DNA of 64,000 nt, from NCBI GenBank assembly GCA_963700145.1, contig OY969474.1, forward strand, positions 3,264,001 through 3,328,000, written 5' to 3'. This DNA is from an uncultured Acidobacteriota bacterium. Lineage in GTDB: Bacteria > Acidobacteriota > Thermoanaerobaculia > Multivoradales > UBA5704. Shown here piece by piece: positions 1 through 11,395 of this stretch. The translations under genes and the position numbers were made by a program. The notes under the pieces are model-generated. The model had not been told where the DNA came from and did no database searches. It worked only from the letters and a program-made list of their open reading frames with translations. Numbering within the stretch: position 1 is the first letter of the stretch; each line of letters begins with the position of its first letter.

Positions 1-2
1 TC

Positions 3-962
3 ACCGACGACGGCGGCTCCTCGGGGCAGCTCCGCAAAGACTTCGGAGTGCCGGCGCCGGGGGACATCCGCAGCTGCCTGGTCGCCCTGGCCGACGACGA
101 GGACCTCCTCACCCGCCTCTTCCAGTACCGCTTCCCGAACGGCGGCGGCCTGGTCGGCCACTCCTTCGGCAACCTCTTCCTCACCGCGCTGACCGGCATC
201 ACCGGCGACTTCCACCAGGCGATCCTGACCGCCGAGGAGATCCTCTCGGTGCGCGGCAAGATCCTGCCGGCCACCGTCCAGGACGTGCGCCTGTGCGGCC
301 GCGGCGTCTCCGGCGCCTGCTACGAGGGGGAGTCGGCGGTCGGGCTCTCGGGGGAGGAGCTGGCGGCGGTCGAGCTCGACCCGCACGCCCCCCCGGCCTT
401 CCCGCCGGCGGTCGCCGCGCTCGAGACCGCCGACGCCATCCTGCTCGGCCCCGGCTCGCTGTTCACCTCGATCCTGCCTAATCTGCTGATCCCCGGCATC
501 CGCCAGGCGCTGGCGCGGCGGCGCGGGCCGTCGATCCTGCTGCTCAACCTGATGACCCAGCCGGGGGAGACGGACGGGATGATGGGCGCCGCGCACCTGG
601 CGGCACTGGAGCGCCACGCCGGAGAGGGGCTCCTCGATCTCGTCCTCGCCAGCTCGACGCCGATCCCCGAGGCGCGGCTGGCGCCCTACCGCGAGCGGGG
701 CGCCGCCCCAGTCACCGTCGAGCGCGCGGCGCTGGAGGCGATGGGGGTCGAGGTCGTCGAAGCGGACCTCCTGGCCGAGAGCGGGCTTCTCCGCCACGAC
801 CCCGACAAGCTGGCGTGGGCGGTCCTGGAGCTGGTCGAGGAGTTACGGTCGCGGCGGGCGGAGACCGCCGGAGAGCAGGGCGGGGGCATCCCTCGCCCCC
901 CGCGAGGGGGGAGAGGGACCGAGGGTGAGGGGGGCGATGCGCTCGACCGGGCGGGGGATTAG
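3..962 (+). CDS. yvcK: YvcK/CofD-family gluconeogenesis factor (UDP-GlcNAc-binding), 5'-partial
   Basis: Frame open from position 3: TDDGGSSGQLR..PGDIR.CL, GHSFGNL, LGPGSLFTSILPNLL, NLMTQPGET, RHDPDKLA; directly upstream of glmS. Confidence 0.9.
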   Translation, partial: TDDGGSSGQLRKDFGVPAPGDIRSCLVALADDEDLLTRLFQYRFPNGGGLVGHSFGNLFLTALTGITGDFHQAILTAEEILSVRGKILPATVQDVRLCGRGVSGACYEGESAVGLSGEELAAVELDPHAPPAFPPAVAALETADAILLGPGSLFTSILPNLLIPGIRQALARRRGPSILLLNLMTQPGETDGMMGAAHLAALERHAGEGLLDLVLASSTPIPEARLAPYRERGAAPVTVERAALEAMGVEVVEADLLAESGLLRHDPDKLAWAVLELVEELRSRRAETAGEQGGGIPRPPRGGRGTEGEGGDALDRAGD

Positions 963-991
963 TCTGTTCGCTGGAGTGGAGCCTTAAAACT

Positions 992-2817
<1,826 letters not shown>

Positions 2818-2821
<4 letters not shown>

Positions 2822-3828
2822 CCGCGCGCCCCGGCCGCACGCGCCGCCCCGCCGCCGCCCTCGCGCTCGCCGCCCTCGCCGCCCTCCTCGCCCTCGCCGC
2901 CGCCGAGGGCCTCCTCCGCCTCGCCTCGAAGCACGCGCTGCGCGTCCTCGACGTCGAGATGTGGCGCTACGCGCGGCTGGTCAAGCGGCCGGAGGCGGAG
3001 CCCAGGCTGGTCGCGGACCACCGGCCGGAGGCGGACGCGCTCCTCATGGGCGTGCGGGTGCGCACCGACGCGCGCGGCTTCCGACGCGCCGACCCGGCGA
3101 CCGAAGCGCGGCGGATGCCCGGCGAGCGGATCGTCGCGGCGCTCGGCGACTCGCTCACCTTCGGCTGGGGGGTGGCGGAATGCGACACCTGGCCGGCGCA
3201 GCTCGAGCGGCTGCTGCGCGCCCGCTGCCCCGGCGGCGGCGCCACCGTCGTTAACGCCGGCATCGGCAACAGCAACACCGCCATGCAGCGCGCCCGCTAC
3301 GAGCGGCGCGTGCGCCCGCTCCGCCCCGACTGGGTGGTGCTCGGCTGGTTCATCAACGACGCCGAGCCGTCGCCGGTCCCGGCCGAGAGCCTCCTCCTCC
3401 GGCACTCGGCCCTCGCCGGCCTGCTCTCGACCCGCCTCCGCCAAGGTGCCGAGGTCCAGCTCCGCGACTTCCGCGCCTACTACGGCGCCCTGTACGGCGA
3501 GGACCGGCCCGGCTGGCGCGCGGCGCGCGAAGCGCTGCGGGCACTCGGCGCGCGCTTGAAGGAGGACGGCGCCGCCGCGACGCTGCTCCTCCTGCCCGAG
3601 CTGCACGAGCCGCGCGCCTTCGGACTTTTCGCCGACATCTACGCCCGCGTCGCCGCCGAGGGCCGCGCCGCCGGCTTCGAGGTCATCGATCCCACCCCCG
3701 CCTTCCCCCCCGGCCCGGGCGACCGCTACTGGGTCTCCCCCACCGACGCCCACCCGGACGCCGCGGCGCAGCGGCTCTTCGCCGAGGCGGCGGCGCGCTC
3801 GCGCTTCGCCTGCCGCGGCGCCCGCTAG
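2818..3828 (+). CDS. Membrane-anchored SGNH/GDSL hydrolase family protein
   Basis: GTG overlaps the glmS stop; N-terminal TM 'AAEGLLR', GDSLTFG block I, NAGIG, D-x-H-P (DAHP) near the C-terminus. Confidence 0.85.
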
Positions 3829-3888
3829 CTCTCCCTACCCCTCCGCCCCGGGCCCCACCGGGCGTACACTCGGGCTAGGTTTTTAGAA

Positions 3889-6594
3889 ATGTCGCTCGTA
3901 CGCCGTCTCGCCCGCCCGGCCGCGGCTTGGGACCGGGGCTCCTGGCTCTTCGCCGGGCTGGCGCTGTACGTCCTCGTCTACTCGGCCGTGCGCCTGGCGG
4001 GCGGGCCGGACTTCGGCGAGTCCCTCGCCAACCGGGCGCTCTTCCTGCCGGCGGGGGTGGCCGCCTGCTTCCTCGCCGTCCGCGCCTTCCGTGGCAAGAG
4101 GTCGGACCCCGGCACGCGGCGGGCCTGGTGGCTGCTCGCCGCCGCCTTCTTGGCACTCCTGACCGGCAACGCGCTCTGGTTGTTCGGCTTCGAGGCGCAC
4201 GCCGCCTGGCTGCTTTACTACCCGTTGCTCCTGGCCGGCGTGCTGAGCTTCCCGCGCACGCGGCGCTCGCCGGCCGAGTGGCTGCAGTTCCGCATCGACG
4301 CCGCCTCGGTCTTTTGCGGCGGCGCGATGGCGATCTGGTTCTTCCTGCTCCGGCCGGCGGCGCACCCGCTCGACCGCGGCGCCTTCCTCTCCTTCGCCTA
4401 CCCGTTGGGCGACCTGGTGCTGCTGCTCGGGATCGCGCTCCTCGCCCTGCGCCGCGTCGACGAACCCTATCGCCCGGTCTTCCTGCTGCTGACCCTCGGG
4501 CTCCTGGTCGAGTTCTCCGGCGACGTGCTCTACGGCGCCATGACGCTGGCGGGGAAGTCGCCGGACACCGCCGCCTCCGACCTCGCCTACATGCTGGGCT
4601 GGGGCATCCGCGGGGCGGCGGCCCACACCCACTGCCGCGTCCCCAGCCGGCCGCCGCCGGCGCGCCCGCTCGAAGCCCCTGCGCTCCACGGCCCGAGCCT
4701 CCTGCCGCTCGGCTTCGTCGCGGTCGGCTACGCCACCCTCTTCTGCGCCCTGGCGATGCGCGCCGCGACCTCCAGCGTCGCGGTCCTCGTCGCGGGCGCG
4801 GCGTCGCTCACCATCCTGGCGCTGGCCAGCCAGGCGGTGACGGCGCGCGAGGGCCTGCGCCTCCAGGCCGAGCTCGGGGCGCGCAGCAGCGAGGCCCGCT
4901 TCCGCACCCTGGTGCAGAACTCCTCCGACGTCATCGCCGTCGTGGACGCCGAGGCGACCCTGCTCTACGTCGCCCCCTCCGCCGAGCGGCTGCTCGGTCT
5001 CGCGCCGGAGGCGCTGTACGGCCGGCCGCTCGCCGGCCTGCTGCATCCGGAGGACGAGCTGCGCGCCCGGGTCTTCCTGTCGCACGCCATGGTGCAGCCG
5101 GGGCTGACCGGGCCGGTCGAGCTGCGGCTGGCGACCGGCGGCGGCCGCTGGATCACCATGGAGGCGGTCGCCACCAACCTCCTGTCGAACCCCGAGATCG
5201 GCGGCGTCGTCTTGACCCTGCGCGACATGCGCGAGCGCAAGGAGCTCGAGGAGCAGCTCATCCACCGCGCCCTGCACGACCCGCTCACCGGCCTCGCCAA
5301 CCGTGCCCTCTTCGGCGACCGCCTGCGCCACGCCCAGACGCTGAGCGCCCGGCAGCACAGCCGCTACGCCGTCGCGGTGCTCGACCTCGACGACTTCAAG
5401 GCGGTCAACGACGGCCTCGGGCACGCCACGGGCGACCAGGTGCTGGTCGAGACCGCCCGCCGCGTGCGCGGCGCGGTGCGCGACTCCGACACCGCCGCGC
5501 GGCTGGGGGGCGACGAGTTCGCGGTGCTGCTCGAGGCGGTCGAGAGCGACGACGACCTGCGCGCCGCCGCGGCGACGATCCTGGCGGCGATCGCGGCGCC
5601 CTTCACCGTCGGCACCGGCGCCCTCCACCTGACCGCCAGCCTCGGCGCCGCGGCGAGCGCCGCCGACGCGACCGAGGACGAGGTGCTGCGGCAGGCCGAC
5701 GTCGCCCTCTACCACGCCAAGGAGTCGGGCAAGGGCCGCTCGGCGCTCTTCGCCCCCGGCATGCGCTCGGCCCTGCTGCGCCGCCACGAGATGGAGGCCG
5801 ACCTGCGGCGCGCCATCGAGCAGCGGGAGCTCTACCTCGTCTACCAGCCGGTCGTCTCGCTGCGCAGCGGCCGCGTCGTCGGCGCCGAGGCCCTGGCGCG
5901 CTGGCGGCACCGCGACCGCGGCCTGGTGCCGCCGGGCGACTTCATCGACCTGGCCGAGGCCTCGGGCCTGATCGAGCCGCTCGGCGAATGGGTGATCGAC
6001 CAGGCCTGCCGGCAGGCGGCGGTCTGGCACCGGCTCGACCGGCGGGGCCTCACCGTCGGCGTCAACCTCTCGATGCGGCAGCTCTACGAGCCGGGCATCG
6101 TCGATCAGATGCGCGCCGCGCTGGCCGAGCACGAGCTGCCCAGGGACCTCCTGGTGTGCGAGATCACCGAGTCGCTGCCGGCGCGCGACCCGCTGGCCGC
6201 CGCGGCGCGGCTGCACGAGCTCAAGGCGACGGGGGTACGCCTGGCCCTCGACGACTTCGGCACGGGGTACTCGTCGCTCGGCCACCTGCGCGACCTGCCG
6301 ATCGACATCCTCAAGATCGACGGCGCCTTCACCCGCCACCTGGGCACGGAGCAGGACAGCTCGCTGGCGCGGGCGATCGTCATGCTGGGCAAGGCCATCG
6401 GCCTGCTGCTCGTCGCCGAGGGCGTCGAGAGCGCCACCCAGGCGGCGGCGCTGCGCGAGCTGGGCTGCGACCTCGGCCAGGGCTTCCACTTCGGCCCGCC
6501 GGTGACGGCGGAGGAGCTGACCGAGCGCTTGCGGCGCGAGGGCGGGCTAGCGGAAGGCGAAGCGGCGGATCGCGAGCAGTGGACGGCGAGGTAG
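3889..6594 (+). CDS. Membrane-bound PAS-GGDEF-EAL diguanylate cyclase/phosphodiesterase
   Basis: Multi-TM N-terminus, PAS, HDPLTGLANR, RLGGDEF, EAL, DDFGTGYSS. Confidence 0.93.
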   Translation: MSLVRRLARPAAAWDRGSWLFAGLALYVLVYSAVRLAGGPDFGESLANRALFLPAGVAACFLAVRAFRGKRSDPGTRRAWWLLAAAFLALLTGNALWLFGFEAHAAWLLYYPLLLAGVLSFPRTRRSPAEWLQFRIDAASVFCGGAMAIWFFLLRPAAHPLDRGAFLSFAYPLGDLVLLLGIALLALRRVDEPYRPVFLLLTLGLLVEFSGDVLYGAMTLAGKSPDTAASDLAYMLGWGIRGAAAHTHCRVPSRPPPARPLEAPALHGPSLLPLGFVAVGYATLFCALAMRAATSSVAVLVAGAASLTILALASQAVTAREGLRLQAELGARSSEARFRTLVQNSSDVIAVVDAEATLLYVAPSAERLLGLAPEALYGRPLAGLLHPEDELRARVFLSHAMVQPGLTGPVELRLATGGGRWITMEAVATNLLSNPEIGGVVLTLRDMRERKELEEQLIHRALHDPLTGLANRALFGDRLRHAQTLSARQHSRYAVAVLDLDDFKAVNDGLGHATGDQVLVETARRVRGAVRDSDTAARLGGDEFAVLLEAVESDDDLRAAAATILAAIAAPFTVGTGALHLTASLGAAASAADATEDEVLRQADVALYHAKESGKGRSALFAPGMRSALLRRHEMEADLRRAIEQRELYLVYQPVVSLRSGRVVGAEALARWRHRDRGLVPPGDFIDLAEASGLIEPLGEWVIDQACRQAAVWHRLDRRGLTVGVNLSMRQLYEPGIVDQMRAALAEHELPRDLLVCEITESLPARDPLAAAARLHELKATGVRLALDDFGTGYSSLGHLRDLPIDILKIDGAFTRHLGTEQDSSLARAIVMLGKAIGLLLVAEGVESATQAAALRELGCDLGQGFHFGPPVTAEELTERLRREGGLAEGEAADREQWTAR

Positions 6595-6718
6595 CAGACC
6601 GCCGCGGCGCCAGGCGATCACGAAGTGGCAGGCGAGGCCAAGGACGCCGGCGGACACGCCGGCCTCGAAGGCCGCGGCGCCGAGGAGCCGCCCCGAGGGC
6701 GACGATGGCGTAGACGAT
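6547..6718 (-). pseudogene. Decayed partial copy of the membrane-protein gene at 7723-8205
   Basis: Blocks such as gcggaaggcgaagcggcggatcgc, caggcgatcacgaagtggca and gagggcgacgatggcgtagacgat match 7738-8133, with internal deletions. Confidence 0.85.
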
Positions 6719-6738
6719 CGCGGACGCTCAGCGCGAAA

Positions 6739-6778
6739 GCCGCGCCGCCGGCTTCGAGATCATTGATCCCTCCGCCGC
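6739..6778 (+). repeat. Decayed copy of the 3' region of the SGNH gene (3662-3701)
   Basis: 36/40 identity by manual alignment, first 20 nt exact. Confidence 0.75.
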
Positions 6779-6865
6779 ATTACTGGCGCTCGCTGATACT
6801 TTGCCGACACAGCGTCCCAGGCCAACTCGAAGCTCGCTGCTCCGGCCGGACACACGAGACAGTCC

Positions 6866-7594
6866 TTAGTCGTCCGATGCAGGGATTGGTGCCAGACCTT
6901 GCGCAATGCTAACGACAACGTCGGCAAAACTTATGCTCATGAATTCTTTCACTGCGGTGATCCATTCCCTCACCTGATCGGGAGTGATCGACTCTACCTG
7001 TTCCAGCGCATCGACCCTCGGCGGCGCTTTATCCGCTCGGTGTACAATCTGATGCCGCCGCCTGACAAACTTATCCAGTTGGGGGAATAGATGCTCTACC
7101 TTTTCGACCTTTGCTCCAAGGCTTACCAGAAGCGACGAGATCTGTGTCGTATCGTTGTATGTGGCGGTGGATAGGCACTCATCAACCGACTCTCGTATCA
7201 GGTCGAACACCGTCTTGCCCCGGTGCGGAGCAAGGCGCCCCAAGAGAAATTTCTCAGCTCTGCCAGAGCTGCCCACCCCCACGAGAGGAATGGTATTCAG
7301 AGTTGACTCGTCGGCAAACGGCAATAGAGTGGCCGCCGTGGACCGAAGATAATCTTCAAGAGTAGCATGGACTAACACTACAGCAGCACGCAAAATGTCA
7401 GAGAAGTGCAGCTCGGCGCCGACCTCCTCAAGGGTGCCGAGCGCTTGAGCAGAGCCGCGAAGGATGGTAGTTAGATCGTAGATCTGGACTAGCGCCTCTG
7501 CGCGTGCCAGATTCTCGGCAAGCCGAGTTACCTGTGCCTGCGAAAAGCTTATTAGGTCACTCTTAGTTGTAAAGGCATTGGTATCGATCGCCAT
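6866..7594 (-). CDS. HEPN-superfamily protein (putative RNase)
   Basis: LRAAVVLVHATLEDYLR helix and Rx4H motif RHQIVH; visibly lower GC than its flanks. Confidence 0.7.
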   Translation of the reverse strand: MAIDTNAFTTKSDLISFSQAQVTRLAENLARAEALVQIYDLTTILRGSAQALGTLEEVGAELHFSDILRAAVVLVHATLEDYLRSTAATLLPFADESTLNTIPLVGVGSSGRAEKFLLGRLAPHRGKTVFDLIRESVDECLSTATYNDTTQISSLLVSLGAKVEKVEHLFPQLDKFVRRRHQIVHRADKAPPRVDALEQVESITPDQVREWITAVKEFMSISFADVVVSIAQGLAPIPASDD

Positions 7595-7722
7595 GGAGTG
7601 TTACCGCCTAACGGCTTTCGGGAAATATATGCTACGGCATTCTCGCGCCTTGTGCATTAGGTCCCAGTCGCCCCTTGGAGAGAATCTAGCACCCACTTAC
7701 GCTGAAGCAGGCCGCCGGCTAG

Positions 7723-8205
7723 CTACTGGCTCGCGCCGCGGAAGGAGAAGCGGCGGATCGCCAGCGCGATCGGGATGCCGACGAGAAGCGCGTGCGAGAC
7801 GAACCCCTGGAGGAGCACGCGCGGCGGGTAGGAGAGCTTGAACGGGGCGGCGGAGAGCGGGATGACGACGAAGTTCATGAACAGGTAGACGAGGATCCCG
7901 AAGACGGCGCCGGTGAGGAGCGGGCGCTCGCGGAGGAGCGCGAGGCGCCGGGCGGCGAGGTAGTACACCGCCGCGGCGCCGCAGGCGATCACGAAGTGGC
8001 AGACGAGGCCGACGACGCCGGCCGGCACGCCGCCCTCGAAGGCCTCCGCGCCGAGCAGCCCGCTCGCCACCGATTGCAGCACTCGCAGCGGCGAGGAGCC
8101 GCGCCGCCCGAGGGCGACGATGGCGTAGACGATGTCGAGGACGCCGGCGGCAAAGCCGCCGACCAGGACGCCGGTCACGCCGCCGGCGGGTCTCGGGGCC
8201 GTCAC
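7723..8205 (-). CDS. Small multi-TM membrane protein (DUF1440-like)
   Basis: Four hydrophobic segments; VLQSVASGLLG..AF and MNFVVIPLS. Confidence 0.7.
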   Translation of the reverse strand: MTAPRPAGGVTGVLVGGFAAGVLDIVYAIVALGRRGSSPLRVLQSVASGLLGAEAFEGGVPAGVVGLVCHFVIACGAAAVYYLAARRLALLRERPLLTGAVFGILVYLFMNFVVIPLSAAPFKLSYPPRVLLQGFVSHALLVGIPIALAIRRFSFRGASQ

Positions 8206-8217
8206 GGAGTCAGCCGG

Positions 8218-8580
8218 TCAGTTTCTCGGATCGCGCCAGACGAGCCGCTCGGAGGAGCGCGCGGCGAAGAAGTCCGGGCAGCGGCCGTCGCCGTTGCCGG
8301 TGATCCCGCCGTCGGGCGCGCAGAGGACGTTGCCGTCGCGGTCGTAGAGCACGCTCGCGACGTCGCAGCAGCGGCTCGGGCGGAAGTAGACCGTCTCGTC
8401 CCGGTAGCGGTAGCTGAAGATCGCCGACGGGGGATTGGTCACCGGCTCGCTCGTGATCTGGGCGATGAGGGCCTGCAGCCAGGACGGGGACTCGTCGGGC
8501 TCGCTCGGCGAGGAGTCGCTGCACGCGAGTGCGAAAAAGCACGCGGCGCACAGGGTGAAAATGAGGGCGACTCGCTTCAT
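8218..8580 (-). CDS. Cys-rich lipoprotein (DUF6970-like)
   Basis: Lipobox ALAC; NPP..I..Y.Y..CCD..LYD..GN.LCAPDGGITG.GDG.CPDF. Confidence 0.7.
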   Translation of the reverse strand: MKRVALIFTLCAACFFALACSDSSPSEPDESPSWLQALIAQITSEPVTNPPSAIFSYRYRDETVYFRPSRCCDVASVLYDRDGNVLCAPDGGITGNGDGRCPDFFAARSSERLVWRDPRN

Positions 8581-8700
8581 GCCGCTCGCCGCTCGCAAGG
8601 AGAATGCCCGCCGGTCGCGAGAGGGGAGCGCGGGTGCGGACGTGCCTTCGATTCGGCGGCTTGAATCACGGTCTCCAGAAAATCGTTCCCGCGCGCTGGA

Positions 8701-10221
8701 TCAGGCGCTCCTTCGAGCCTGCCGGACGGTCTCCAGCCGCGGCCCGTCGAGCGGGCAGGAGTAGCAGTGCGCCACCTCCCGGTCCGCGGGTGCGGCGGCC
8801 GGCTCCTCCGCCGCGCGCGGCATCTCCTTGCCGATGAACGCCGCGAGGGCGGCGCCGAGGAGCATCAGGCCGACGTTGACGAAGGTCGCGATCCGGTAGC
8901 CGGCCTCGACGGCGGCCGGGTCGCGGTAGTCGTTCCCGGCGAGGCCGGCGAGCGCGGGAAGGATCGCCACCGCCAAGAGGCCGGCGGCGCGGGCGACGGC
9001 GTTGTTCACCGCCGACGCGACGCCCGCGTGCTCGGACGGCGCGGCGGCGAGGACCGTGGCCGTGAGCGGGGCGACGAGCGCCGCGAGGCCGAGGCCGAAG
9101 AGCGCCATCGCCGGGACGACCACCGTCCAGTACGACGCGCCCGGCCCGATGCGCAGCGTGAGGAGCAGGCCGCCGGCGGCGATCAGCGGCCCGAGCGTCA
9201 TCTGCAACCGCGGGCCGATGCGCTGCGCCAGCGCTCCCGAGCGGGCGGAGAGCACCAGCATGACGGCGGTCACCGGCAGCAGCGACAGGCCCGAGGCGAC
9301 CGGGCTGTAGCCGGCGACGACCTGCAGGTCGAGGACGAGCAGGAAGAAGACCGCGCTGAGCGCCGCGTAGACGGCGAAGGTGTAGAGGTTGGCGACGGTG
9401 AAGCGGCGGGAGGCGAAGAGCCCCGGCGGCACCAGCGGGTCGGCGCGCCGCCGCTCCACCACCACGAAAGCGGCGAGGCAGGCGACGCCGGCCGCCCCCG
9501 CCGCGAGGACCGCCGGGCTCGCGCCCTCCTTGCCGGCCGCGATCGAGGCGTAGGTGAGCCCCGCCAGGCCGAGCGCGCCGAGCACGGCGCCGGGGACGTC
9601 GATGCGGCGGCCGGCCCGCGGGTCGCGGCTCTCCGGCACGTGCCGCAGCGCCACCGCGACGACGACGGCGGCGAGCGGCAGGTTGACGAGGAAGATCCAG
9701 CGCCACGACCAGGTCTCGACCAGCCAGCCGCCGGCGAAGGGGCCGATCGCCGCGGCGATGCCGCCGAAGCCGGACCAGGCGCCGATCGCCCGCGCCCGGT
9801 CCCCCGGCGCGAACGACGCCGAGATGATCGCCAGGCTCCCGGGGGTCAGGAGCGCGCCGCCGACCCCCTGGAGGGCGCGCGCGGCGACCAGCGTTTCGAC
9901 GTTGGGCGCCAGCCCGCAGAGCGCCGAGGCGGCGGCGAACCACGCCGTCCCGATGACGAACACCCGCCGCCGCCCGAAGCGGTCCCCGAGCGCCCCGCCG
10001 AGCAGGATGAACGAGGCCAGCGTCAGCGCGTAAGCGCCGAGCGTCCACTGCAGGTCCGCGAGGTCGGCGCCGAGATCGGCTCCGATCCGCGGCAGCGCCA
10101 CGTTGACCACCGTGGCGTCGAGCATCGCCAGGCTCGACCCGAGGACGGTGGCGAGGATCACCCAGCGGCCGGAGGGCTCGCCGAAGCGGACTTGGCGGTC
10201 GGAGGTCTGAGCGGCCGTCAT
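8701..10221 (-). CDS. MFS transporter, DHA2/EmrB-QacA-like
   Basis: LDATVVNVALP, GDRFGRR, RALQGVGGALL, WRWIFLVNLP. Confidence 0.92.
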   Translation of the reverse strand: MTAAQTSDRQVRFGEPSGRWVILATVLGSSLAMLDATVVNVALPRIGADLGADLADLQWTLGAYALTLASFILLGGALGDRFGRRRVFVIGTAWFAAASALCGLAPNVETLVAARALQGVGGALLTPGSLAIISASFAPGDRARAIGAWSGFGGIAAAIGPFAGGWLVETWSWRWIFLVNLPLAAVVVAVALRHVPESRDPRAGRRIDVPGAVLGALGLAGLTYASIAAGKEGASPAVLAAGAAGVACLAAFVVVERRRADPLVPPGLFASRRFTVANLYTFAVYAALSAVFFLLVLDLQVVAGYSPVASGLSLLPVTAVMLVLSARSGALAQRIGPRLQMTLGPLIAAGGLLLTLRIGPGASYWTVVVPAMALFGLGLAALVAPLTATVLAAAPSEHAGVASAVNNAVARAAGLLAVAILPALAGLAGNDYRDPAAVEAGYRIATFVNVGLMLLGAALAAFIGKEMPRAAEEPAAAPADREVAHCYSCPLDGPRLETVRQARRSA

Positions 10222-10263
10222 CGCGTCGCGGGGGAGGCTACGCGAGCGAGGGGCCTGAGCGGG

Positions 10264-10737
10264 TTAGCAGCCGCCGGCACTGCACGGCCAGCAGTTGCCG
10301 ACGAGAAGGCTGAGGGAATAGACCTGGCCGGCGGGCGCGACGCAGTAATGGTTGCCCTGGGTGTCCTCCAGGCAAAAGCGGCAGTTCGGATGGGGCGGCA
10401 CCCGCGCGCCCACCTGCAGGAGGTTCCGCGCCTTGGACAGGACGAGGTTGGAGGCGGTGATGACGAGGGGCTCGCCGTTGATGACGCAGCCGTCGGTGTA
10501 GGAGACGGGCGGCATCTGCGGCGGCACGACTTGCGGCTCGACCGGCCTCGGGACCGGCTCTGTGTTGACGTACGGCGTGGGAACCGGGTCCGGCTGCGGC
10601 GCCGGCTTGTCGGGACCGATCCAGCCGATCTGGTACAGGATGCCGACGAGGGCCACGATGGCGGTGATGAAGGTCGCGCCTCCGGTCAGCAGGCCGGTCG
10701 CGGACGTCCAGAACGACTTGGTGTTCTCTTCAGGCAC
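10264..10737 (-). CDS. Hypothetical membrane-anchored protein with Pro-rich linker and Cys-rich C-terminus
   Basis: N-terminal SFWTS..GLLT..ATFITA TM, PQPDPVPTP linker, several Cys. Confidence 0.6.
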   Translation of the reverse strand: MPEENTKSFWTSATGLLTGGATFITAIVALVGILYQIGWIGPDKPAPQPDPVPTPYVNTEPVPRPVEPQVVPPQMPPVSYTDGCVINGEPLVITASNLVLSKARNLLQVGARVPPHPNCRFCLEDTQGNHYCVAPAGQVYSLSLLVGNCWPCSAGGC

Positions 10738-10806
10738 GGCGCAGCACCTTCTCGCTCAAGGGTTTAGCAGAGCCTACCACGAGCTACGAGGCCCCCACCT
10801 GGGCAG

Positions 10807-11120
10807 TCAGCGAACGTCGAGAGCTGCCTTGATGGCTTGGTTGAGCTCGTCCACTTTCGCGGCGTCGCAGGCGCCCATCAGCCGTTTCAAACGGCTCCGT
10901 GGCACGGTCAGGATGTTGTCCAGGTTCGCGACGCATTGGACCGGCAGCCCCTGCCGGCGGCCGAGCACGACCTCGGTCGGCACTCCCCGCACGGTGCGGG
11001 TCACGAGAGCCACCACGATCGAGTCGATCGAGGGAGAACGGCGTCGCGGGTCAGGATCACCACCGGCCGGCTGCCGACCGGCGGCGGCAGCTCAGCCCAC
11101 CAGACCTCCGCGCGTCTCAC
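10807..11120 (-). pseudogene. PemK/MazF toxin with a 1-nt frameshift
   Basis: GTG 11120 gives MRRAEVWWAELPPPVGSRPVVILTRD; the frame shifts near 11032 into SIDSIVVALVTRTVRGVPTEV..CVANLDNI; span is 314 nt. Confidence 0.8.
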
Positions 11121-11332
11121 CCACCGCCGGCCTTCCACGCCGGGATGCCGCTCAGCTCACCAACCAGCGCGGCCTGGGATTCGGCGACCTCGGCCGAGTC
11201 CAAGTCGGTGATCGCGGCGGCTTCGAGGTACTGGCGGACCGCGTCCTCCACGAGGGCGCCGACCTCTCGGTCTTGCCTTCTGGCGAGGTCCCGGAGGGGC
11301 TCCTCCACGCTGCGAGGCAGCTCGATGGTCAT
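11117..11332 (-). CDS. Ribbon-helix-helix (CopG-like) antitoxin
   Basis: MTIELP..LRDLA..LVEDAVRQYL; its stop overlaps the toxin start. Confidence 0.7.
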   Translation of the reverse strand: MTIELPRSVEEPLRDLARRQDREVGALVEDAVRQYLEAAAITDLDSAEVAESQAALVGELSGIPAWKAGGG

Positions 11333-11395
11333 GGACAGAGCCTATGGAGCCGTGATGGCAGCCGCAAGGGCCTCCGGGAGGCCTCCGCCGGCCTC

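Noticed and set aside
963..991. glmS ribozyme
   Set aside because: Only 29 nt separate yvcK and glmS, leaving no room.
6547..6778. Diversity-generating retroelement template/variable repeats (also 56948-57114)
   Set aside because: Mismatches are not adenine-specific, the copies have deletions, and no reverse transcriptase is present.
7595..7625. Integron attC/attI site (GTTAGGC upstream of the HEPN gene; also GTTCGGC near 34890)
   Set aside because: Only a 7-bp core matches; I found no complementary R''/L boxes and no integron integrase. IntegronFinder would settle it.
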